This document shows positions 1 through 5,813 of a DNA stretch of 22,686 nucleotides, piece after piece. Positions within the stretch are counted from its first letter, which is position 1, and each line of letters opens with the position of its first letter. The position numbers and the translations under genes were made by a program. This DNA comes from Actinomycetota bacterium (GTDB lineage: Bacteria; Actinomycetota; Acidimicrobiia; IMCC26256; PALSA-610), in the NCBI GenBank assembly GCA_034408875.1, contig JAWXCJ010000340.1, positions 1-22,686 on the forward strand, given 5' to 3'. Below the pieces are notes generated by a model that was not told the DNA's origin, did not search any database, and saw only the letters and a list, made by a program, of their open reading frames with translations.

Positions 1-564
1 GAGCGCTTCGAGCGATTCGAGGATCGCGGCCGTGACAGCGGCCGGAGGTTGCACCGCGTCGACCGGTACCAACACGTCGCGTTCGCGGTAGAAGCCGAGC
101 AGCGGAAGCGTCTCGGCATGGAAGACCTCGAGCCGCCGTTCGACGGCGGACTCGTCCGCGTCGTCGGTGCGGTCCGATTGTTCGCGCAACCCGAGCCGCG
201 CCCGCGCGACGTCGTCGGGCACGTCGAGGTAGATGACGGCATCGGCCGTCTCTCCCGCGCGCGCGGCCCGATCGAACGCGCGCTGTGCTTGTGCGAGTGT
301 GCGCGGAAAGCCGTCGAGGACATACCCGCCGTACGAAGACGCCGCGACGATGGCGTCGCCGACGACATCGAGGACGAGTTCATCGGGAACGAGGTCACCG
401 CGCTCGAGGTACGCCCGAACCTGGCGCCCGAGTTCGGTATCAGTGGCGACGTGGTCGCGCAGCAGTTCGCCGCTCGACACGTGCGGCACACCGAAATGCG
501 CCGCAAGGACGCTGCCTTGTGTGCCCTTTCCCGATCCCGGCGCGCCGAGGAGTACGAGTCGCAC
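1..564 (-). CDS. adk: Adenylate kinase (short, LID-less type). The C-terminal end runs off the window start. Start codon is GTG at 564.
   Basis: Reverse-strand translation gives VRLVLLGAPGSGKGTQGSVLAAHFGVPHVSSGELLRDHV...YVLDGFPRTLAQAQ...RLEVFHAETLPLLGFYRERDVLVPVDA. This contains the P-loop GxPGxGKGTQ, the DGFPR NMP-binding motif and the core/LID arginines of adenylate kinases. GC3 is near-saturated in this frame. An ATG immediately upstream is followed by a stop, so GTG is the start. Confidence 0.85.
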   Translation of the reverse strand, partial: MRLVLLGAPGSGKGTQGSVLAAHFGVPHVSSGELLRDHVATDTELGRQVRAYLERGDLVPDELVLDVVGDAIVAASSYGGYVLDGFPRTLAQAQRAFDRAARAGETADAVIYLDVPDDVARARLGLREQSDRTDDADESAVERRLEVFHAETLPLLGFYRERDVLVPVDAVQPPAAVTAAILESLEAL

Positions 565-672
565 GGCGCGCTACATCCCCGCCGAATTCGCCCGCTCTGC
601 GTGGGCGGGACCGAGCGATACACTGCGCACTACGAGCCGGGTTCCACCCTGCTTCGACGATCGAAGGTTCGA

Positions 673-897
673 ATGCGCTATCTGTGTCGTGTCTCGGACC
701 GTGAAGTGCATGCGTACGCGAACAATCGCCGCGACTTCTTCCTCAAGGCTGACGACACACTGTGGGCCCATGAGTCGCATTCTTGGCTCTTGTCTTCCCC
801 GTCGGGAGCGAAGCTCGCGCATCGTATCGGCGCCACGTACTACGACGCCGAGACGAACGCGCCGCTGTTCTTCGAAACGGCCGAGCTGCCTTCGTGA
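673..897 (+). CDS. Possible small hypothetical protein (74 aa) in a lower-GC island between adk and the HTH gene.
   Basis: ATG at 673 to TGA at 897 translates to MRYLCRVSDREVHAYANNRRDFFLKADDTLWAHESHSWLL...APLFFETAELPS. The composition is protein-like (Y, F, N, K, H, W), not the Arg/Ala/Pro-rich pattern of spurious high-GC ORFs, and GC3 is moderately high. I see no recognisable family and no clear RBS. Confidence 0.2.
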   Translation: MRYLCRVSDREVHAYANNRRDFFLKADDTLWAHESHSWLLSSPSGAKLAHRIGATYYDAETNAPLFFETAELPS

Positions 898-936
898 CGT
901 GATCTGACCGGTGAGGCAGAGCGCCTCGCCGACGCT

Positions 937-1227
937 TCAGGCGAACGCGGCGCGCAGTCGTTCGATCTTCGCCAACCGCTTGGCGGCGTCCTCGGGAGCG
1001 AGATCGTTGTCGGCGCGGACGGCCTTCTCCATCGCGTCGAAGCGGACGCCTTCGCGCTTGCGAATGTCCTTTTGCTCGGCTTTGGGACGGCGCTTCAGCG
1101 CCCGGCGGTAGGCCGATACGGCGGCGCGGGCGCTGTCGCACTTGAGGTCCGCGGCGATTTTCACGAACGACGTTCCCTCGCGACGCAGAGCGAGCACTTG
1201 ATCTTCGTGCTCGGTTGCTTTCGTCAC
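937..1227 (-). CDS. Small (96 aa) DNA-binding protein with a sigma-70 region-4 / LuxR-like helix-turn-helix and a Lys/Arg-rich coiled C-terminal tail.
   Basis: The ORF MTKATEHEDQVLALRREGTSFVKIAADLKCDSARAAVSAYRRALKRRPKAEQKD... contains the segment VLALRREGTSFVKIAADL-x6-VSAYRRALKR. This matches the region-4 HTH pattern of ECF sigma factors (vL.Lr..eG.S..eIA..Lg....tVks...RA...L). Codon usage is good and the gene is divergent from the STAS operon. Confidence 0.5.
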   Translation of the reverse strand: MTKATEHEDQVLALRREGTSFVKIAADLKCDSARAAVSAYRRALKRRPKAEQKDIRKREGVRFDAMEKAVRADNDLAPEDAAKRLAKIERLRAAFA

Positions 1228-1445
1228 TGATGCTCCTCGCGCTCGTGTGGCCTACGAGAGTACCGGCAAACCCGCAGGCTGCGGATCTGGAGGTGCTGGT
1301 CGGGGGGTATGCTGACATCAACCTGCTTGGGTCATGACTCGCAGGGAAGCCCAATTTGGGGAAGTGACGCGCAGACCGAGCCGAAGGTAGCGATGCTGCC
1401 CGGCCTACTCGCCTCTTTCCAGGTGAAGGAGAGAGAGGGAGGCCC

Positions 1446-1799
1446 GTGCCGGTACCTGTATTCACCCCGCGTAACACGATCGACCTCGCCGACGTCGCAG
1501 CGTTGCGCACGGAGCTCACTGCGATCATCGATCGCCACGGTGGCGTCGTGATCGACTGCGCGGACCTCGATCATGTATGCGGCGCGGGTATGCGGGTGCT
1601 GGAAGTCGCGTCTCGTCACGGCTCCGTTTCTCTCGCGAATGCGTCACCGGTCATGCGTTTGCTCGCTGCTGTCTTCGGACTGCACGAGCCCGAATTCCGC
1701 GTCGCACGGTTGCCGCGCGTCGAACACAGCTTCGATGCCGCGGCCCGATCGTTGCGCGCGCACCACCCACTCGTCGTCTGCGCGTCGGACGACAACTGA
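1446..1799 (+). CDS. STAS-domain anti-sigma-factor antagonist (SpoIIAA/RsbV-like), GTG start.
   Basis: 117 aa, TIDLADVAALRTELTAIIDRHGGVVIDCADLDHVCGAGMRVLEVASRHGSVSLANASPVMRLLAAVFGL. This has the STAS fold pattern (charged N-terminal helix, VVIDCADL..V.GAG..VL core, C-terminal amphipathic helix). A purine-rich RBS GAAGGAGAGAGAGGGAGG ends 3 nt before the GTG. Confidence 0.75.
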   Translation: MPVPVFTPRNTIDLADVAALRTELTAIIDRHGGVVIDCADLDHVCGAGMRVLEVASRHGSVSLANASPVMRLLAAVFGLHEPEFRVARLPRVEHSFDAAARSLRAHHPLVVCASDDN

Positions 1800-1821
1800 T
1801 GATGGCCTTGGAGGTCTCACC

Positions 1822-2079
1822 ATGAACACCACCACCGAATCTGGTGAGCTCAAACGTCGCATCGAGCGTCTGTCCGCTGAACGCGTGACGCTGTTCGCCC
1901 AGCCGAACGCTTCGGCCGCCGACAAGGCCCGGCTCAAGACACTCGAGCGCGAGTTGGACGAGTGCTATCTCGAACAACGTCGGCTGCGGGCGGTCAAGGA
2001 CGCGCGGCGGTTCGTTTCCGAGTACTCCATCGTTCGGGTCCCGCGTCCTGACACGTCGTCGACCGCGCCCAGGGACTAG
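1822..2079 (+). CDS. Small coiled-coil protein (86 aa). From memory it resembles the actinobacterial DUF2630 family.
   Basis: A strong RBS GGAGG lies 7 nt before ATG 1822. The protein MNTTTESGELKRRIERLSAERVTLF...LKTLERELDECYLEQRRLRAVKDARRFVS has the I-x-x-L-x-x-E and ELDxC(W/Y)-x-LxQRRA pattern that I recall for DUF2630. It sits 22 bp after the STAS gene and 67 bp before the RsbA-like gene, suggesting one operon. Confidence 0.55.
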   Translation: MNTTTESGELKRRIERLSAERVTLFAQPNASAADKARLKTLERELDECYLEQRRLRAVKDARRFVSEYSIVRVPRPDTSSTAPRD

Positions 2080-2146
2080 CTCCCGGACATTTTCGCCTTC
2101 ACGGTTGAAGCCCCGGGCGTAGGGTAAGAACGCCCGGGAGGCCCGC

Positions 2147-3103
2147 GTGGGCACAACTGAACAGCAACTCGACTGGCATGGCGATGCCTTCCGCCACGAG
2201 GCGCTCTTCTACGCGGGCGATCGCGATTACGTACGCCACACCGTGCCGTTCATCGACGCCGGCGTCGCGAACGGCGAACCGGTCCTCGTCCTCGTACCCG
2301 CGTCCAAACTTGCGTTGCTGCGTGAGCACGTTCCCACCCCGGCGCCCGGTGTCGTATTCGGCGACGTGGAGCGCATCGGCCGCAACCCCAACTGCATCAT
2401 CGCGGTGTTCGACCGGTTCGTCGCCGAGCACGCGCGTGACGGTCAACGGGCGCGTGGGATCGGCGAGCCGATCTGGGCGAGCCGAACGCCGGCCGAACTC
2501 GTCGAATGCCAACGGCACGAAGAGCTGATCAACCTCGCGTTCGCCGGCGCGAACGAAGTCTGGATTCTTTGCCCGTTCGACACCGACGCGCTCGACGAAT
2601 CCGTCATCGCCGAAGCGCACCGAAGTCATCCCTGGGTCACCGGCGAGCAGATGGCGCAGCGCAGCGCCGAGTACGTCGACCCCATCAGTGCGTACGACGC
2701 GCCCCTCGCCGAACCTGCGGTGCCGACCGACACGTTTGCATTCGACCGCGCATCGCTCGGGCATCTCCGACAGGTCGTTACCGCCCGGGCGGTCGCACAC
2801 GTCGACGCGGCCGGGGTCGACGAGATCGTGCTTGCCGTCAGCGAGTTCGCGACGAACAGCATTCGTCACGGAGGCGGACGAGGTTCGGTCCGGATATGGA
2901 CCGAAGGTACGGCGTTCGTGTGTGAGATACACGACGACGGGCGCATCACCGATCCGATGATCGGGCGGCGACGCCCGGCCGCAGAGGGAATCGGCGGCCG
3001 CGGCGTATGGCTCGTCAATCACCTGTGTGATCTGGTGCAGATCCGTTCGGCTGATTCCGGAACCGTCGTACGTTTGACCTTCGGAACCGTCGAGCCGACG
3101 TGA
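2147..3103 (+). CDS. MEDS-domain + HATPase_c anti-sigma regulatory factor (RsbA/RsbW-like Ser kinase), GTG start.
   Basis: N-terminus HEALFYAGDRDYVRHTVPFIDAGVANGEPVLVLVPASKLALLREHV matches the MEDS sensory domain signature. C-terminus LAVSEFATNSIRHGGGRGSVRIW...EIHDDGRITDP...GGRGVWLVNHLCDLVQIR is a GHKL/HATPase_c anti-sigma kinase core (N-box, G-boxes). RBS GGGAGG lies 5 nt upstream. Confidence 0.8.
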   Translation: MGTTEQQLDWHGDAFRHEALFYAGDRDYVRHTVPFIDAGVANGEPVLVLVPASKLALLREHVPTPAPGVVFGDVERIGRNPNCIIAVFDRFVAEHARDGQRARGIGEPIWASRTPAELVECQRHEELINLAFAGANEVWILCPFDTDALDESVIAEAHRSHPWVTGEQMAQRSAEYVDPISAYDAPLAEPAVPTDTFAFDRASLGHLRQVVTARAVAHVDAAGVDEIVLAVSEFATNSIRHGGGRGSVRIWTEGTAFVCEIHDDGRITDPMIGRRRPAAEGIGGRGVWLVNHLCDLVQIRSADSGTVVRLTFGTVEPT

Positions 3104-3291
3104 ACCGGCCGCCGTCACCTGCGATCGGAACACGTCGAAGGGCCTGGGAGGATCAGGCACGGGAGCCGGCGAACGCGGTGAGTGTCAGCGTCAGTCGTTC
3201 GGGTCCGCGGACCGCGACCGGGGCAACATACAAGCCAACGGTCTCGTAGAGGCAGGCTGACACGCGCGGCGCGAACGCGCGAGGCTGCGCC

Positions 3292-4449
3292 GTGGCTTGG
3301 ACTCGCAACCGCCCGATCGGACTTACCTATCGCGACGAGTCGGCCGCTCTCTCCGGCTACGTGCTCTTCGCCTCGGCGCGCGGGCATCACGCCCTGCTCC
3401 TCGACGACGAGGGTCAAGTTGTGCACGCGTGGTACCACCCCGAAGGCGTGATCCACGTCTCCTTGCTGGAGAACGGGCATCTGCTCGCCCACACGCTGCC
3501 GCCGGAGCACGCAGACGGCGCCGAACGGATCGGCGGCTCCGCGGGCGCGCTCGTCGAACTCGACTGGGACAGCAACGTCGTGTGGGAGTACCGCGATCCG
3601 TTCATGCACCACGACTGCCGGCGCCTCGCGAACGGCAACACGCTCGTCGTCGCCTGGGACAAGCTGCCCGACGACTTGCGGCCGAACCTCGTCGGCGGTC
3701 ACGCGCACGCGGACGATCCCGAGTGGACCTGGGCCGATGTCATCAAGGAGATCGATCCCGACGGTGCGGTCTTGCGCGAATGGAAATCGTGGGAGCACCT
3801 GTCGTTCGAGGAGCACCGCATCTGCCCGTTGGAGAGTCACAAGGAGTGGACGCACTGCAACTCGATCGACCTCACCGCGACAGGTGACTGGCTGTTGAGT
3901 TTCCGGCTCACGAGCACGATCGCGATCGTCGATTCCGACAGTGGCGCGGTGAAGTGGAGCTGGGGGCCCGAGCAGTTGTCGCACCAACATCACGCCACCG
4001 AGCTCGACAACGGGAACATCCTGCTGTTCGACAACGGGTGCCATCGGCCCCGCATGCCTTCGTTCTCACGAATCGTCGAACTCGATCCGGAGTCGCACGA
4101 GATCGTGTGGAGCTACCACGCCGACACGATTGTCGCGTTCTTCAGCTTCATGGTCAGCGGATGCGAACGACTGCCCAACGGAAACACCTTCGTCACCGAA
4201 GGTGCGAGCGGTCGGCTCTTCGAGGTCACGCCGGGGCACGACATCGTCTGGGAGTTCGTGAGTCCGTGGATCTTGCCCAGCTTCTTCGGTCCGACTCCTG
4301 TCGTGTTCCGGGCCCACAAGTTCGCCCGCGACGACTCCCGGCTCGCGGGCCACGAACTCGATCCGAAGCGTTACGAGACGTTGAACCGCCGCATCGCCGC
4401 CGGCGTCGTGCTCCGCGAGGCCGACGACGTCGCGGCACTTGCGGGCTGA
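3292..4449 (+). CDS. Arylsulfotransferase (ASST)-family beta-propeller protein. It has no signal peptide. GTG start.
   Basis: 385 aa with repeated propeller-blade motifs RRLANGNTLVVAWD, LDNGNILLFDNG and ERLPNGNTFVTEG, plus W/H-rich blades characteristic of the ASST family. An in-frame stop at 3247 leaves GTG 3292 as the first start, with GAGG 7 nt upstream. Confidence 0.7.
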   Translation: MAWTRNRPIGLTYRDESAALSGYVLFASARGHHALLLDDEGQVVHAWYHPEGVIHVSLLENGHLLAHTLPPEHADGAERIGGSAGALVELDWDSNVVWEYRDPFMHHDCRRLANGNTLVVAWDKLPDDLRPNLVGGHAHADDPEWTWADVIKEIDPDGAVLREWKSWEHLSFEEHRICPLESHKEWTHCNSIDLTATGDWLLSFRLTSTIAIVDSDSGAVKWSWGPEQLSHQHHATELDNGNILLFDNGCHRPRMPSFSRIVELDPESHEIVWSYHADTIVAFFSFMVSGCERLPNGNTFVTEGASGRLFEVTPGHDIVWEFVSPWILPSFFGPTPVVFRAHKFARDDSRLAGHELDPKRYETLNRRIAAGVVLREADDVAALAG

Positions 4450-4473
4450 CGGCCGGTCGTCGCCGCAACCGCG

Positions 4474-4502
4474 TTGCACGTCGGGTGAATTAACCTTAGG
4501 GT
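4474..4502 (+). promoter_or_regulatory. Candidate sigma-A-type promoter for P1: TTGCAC - 17 nt - TAGGGT.
   Basis: TTGCAC (4474-4479), a 17-nt spacer, then TAGGGT (4497-4502, TANNNT class) lie about 35 nt upstream of the AGGAGG RBS and ATG 4537. Confidence 0.3.
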
Positions 4503-4536
4503 CGATGAACATCACGACTGCCAGGAGGCCCGCCTG

Positions 4537-5802
4537 ATGGAGGCCGCGCTCGAAGTCCCGAGAACTGCCCGCGCGGCCCGGACGGGCGTGCAGACCGGTG
4601 CACTTGCCCTGGCCGGCCTCGCCTCGCTCGGAGCCGGCGCGATCCACGCGGCCGCGATGGGTGTGCACAACGAGCACGACCAGGCCGTGCTCGCGTTCGG
4701 GATCGTCGCCGCGTTCCAACTCGGTTGGGGCGCCGCCGCGCTGACGTCGAGCAAGCGGTGGGTGGGTGTGGTCGGCGCGGTCGGGAACGCGGCCATCTTC
4801 GCCGGCTGGGTGCTCGCCAAGACGTCTGGTATCTCGTTCGTCGACGGACTCGAGGCGAGCGAGTTGGTGCAGTGGGCCGACGGCGTCGCGGTCGCGTTGG
4901 CCCTGCTGTCCGTCCTGGGTGTGATTGCAGTCGCGGTGCGCGGGCGCCGGCTGCTCAGCTCGCCGACCGCGTTCCCAATCGCGACGGTCGCGATCGCCGC
5001 GATAACCGTGAGCGCGATGGTCTCGGCCGCGAACGGCCACGCGCACGCGGCGGGCGGCGACGGTCACGGGAACGAAGCGACCGCCGCGGCTGCCGGCGAC
5101 GGCCACGGCGACGACCACGGTGACGCGCCGGCGACCGACGCGACCGTCGACCACGGCGACGACCACGGCGACGACCACGTCGACGACCACGTCGAAGCAG
5201 TAGCGAAGCCCTACGACCCCGCCGAGCCGATCGACCTGAGCGGCACCGACGGTGTCACACCCGCCCAGCAGGCCGCGGCCGAGAACCTCATCGCGTCGAC
5301 GTTGCTCGACTTGCCGCGCTGGGCCGATCCCGCGACCGCCGAAGCCGAAGGCTGGCAATCGATTCGCGACGGCGCAACCGGTTACGAGCATTACATCAAC
5401 CGATCGCTGATCGGAGACGGTCGTATCCTCGACCCCGACTATCCCGAGTCGCTGGTGTACACGGTCAACCGATCAACCGGGCAGAAGGAACTGGCGGCGG
5501 CCATGTTCATGCTCGAGCCGGGCGCGACACTCGACAACGCACCCAACGTCGGCGGCAACCTCATGCAGTGGCATATCCACAACAACCTGTGCTTCACGGC
5601 CCCACCGGATTCGCGCATCGCGGGTCTTACCAACCCCGACGGCACCTGCAACGCCCCGCTCGTCACGGGAATCCAACTGCCGATGGTGCACGTCTGGATC
5701 AAGTCCCACCCGTGCGGGCCATTCTCCGCGCTCGAAGGAGTCGGTGGCGGGCAAATCAAAGAGGGCGAAGAACGCCTGTGCGACGCCGCTCATGGCGCGT
5801 GA
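4537..5802 (+). CDS. Polytopic membrane protein P1 with a His/Asp-rich linker and a conserved Cys/His C-terminal extracytoplasmic domain. Uncharacterised family; paralogue of the gene at 14095-15276.
   Basis: AGGAGG lies 7 nt before the ATG. The N-terminal ~150 aa contain 4-5 hydrophobic helices with embedded His (IHAAAMGVHNEHD). Next comes GHAHAAGGDGHGNEATAAAAGDGHGDDHGDAPATDATVDHGDDHGDDHVDDHVE. The C-terminal ~170 aa carry motifs AEAEGW, GYEHY, LVY, LEPGA, WHIHNNLCF, MVHVWIKSHPCGPFSA that are shared with P2. Confidence 0.8.
   Translation: MEAALEVPRTARAARTGVQTGALALAGLASLGAGAIHAAAMGVHNEHDQAVLAFGIVAAFQLGWGAAALTSSKRWVGVVGAVGNAAIFAGWVLAKTSGISFVDGLEASELVQWADGVAVALALLSVLGVIAVAVRGRRLLSSPTAFPIATVAIAAITVSAMVSAANGHAHAAGGDGHGNEATAAAAGDGHGDDHGDAPATDATVDHGDDHGDDHVDDHVEAVAKPYDPAEPIDLSGTDGVTPAQQAAAENLIASTLLDLPRWADPATAEAEGWQSIRDGATGYEHYINRSLIGDGRILDPDYPESLVYTVNRSTGQKELAAAMFMLEPGATLDNAPNVGGNLMQWHIHNNLCFTAPPDSRIAGLTNPDGTCNAPLVTGIQLPMVHVWIKSHPCGPFSALEGVGGGQIKEGEERLCDAAHGA
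5035..5196 (+). repeat. In-frame His/Asp-rich low-complexity tract inside P1, including a 12-bp tandem repeat (gaccacggcgac / gaccacgtcgac, about 3.75 copies at 5149-5193).
   Basis: There are 13 His in 54 residues. The DNA shows direct tandem 12-mers encoding (D)DHG / DDHV. Confidence 0.7.
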
Positions 5803-5813
5803 GGGATGCTCTC

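Noticed and set aside
661-680. GGTTCGAAT (T-loop-like) motif at 665-673 as a possible tRNA.
   Set aside because: No acceptor stem, D-arm or anticodon arm could be folded around it on either strand. It is an isolated motif in the adk upstream region.
49-907. Long + strand ORFs (49-897, 233-907, 285-704) covering the start of the window.
   Set aside because: They are antisense or alternate-frame to the clearly recognisable adk gene on the - strand. Their products are Arg/Ala/Pro-rich with no family resemblance. Only the 3' portion (673-897, in lower-GC DNA outside adk) was kept as a low-confidence small ORF.
743-1619. ORFs 743-1528 (-), 1309-1551 (+), 1332-1619 (-) around the HTH/STAS divergent region.
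   Set aside because: They overlap the better-supported HTH and STAS genes in other frames. Composition is typical of spurious high-GC frames (R, A, S, P, G dominated).
1573-2154. ORF 1573-2079 (+, 168 aa) and the antisense ORFs 1644-1937 and 1651-2154 (-).
   Set aside because: The N-terminal two-thirds of 1573-2079 overlaps the STAS gene out of frame. Only the portion from ATG 1822, which has a strong GGAGG RBS, is protein-like, so it was trimmed to 1822-2079. The antisense ORFs are low-complexity.
2099-4044. Long - strand ORFs 2099-3160 (353 aa) and 3115-4044 (309 aa).
   Set aside because: They are antisense to the MEDS-HATPase and ASST genes, which have clear domain signatures. The antisense products have no recognisable motifs and lower GC3.
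4066-5391. ORF 4066-5391 (-, 441 aa) and other antisense ORFs over ASST/P1 (4226-4468, 4512-4820, 4725-5123).
   Set aside because: They are antisense to ASST/P1 and extremely Arg/Gly/Asp-rich, a mirror of the His/Asp-repeat DNA. They are not coding.
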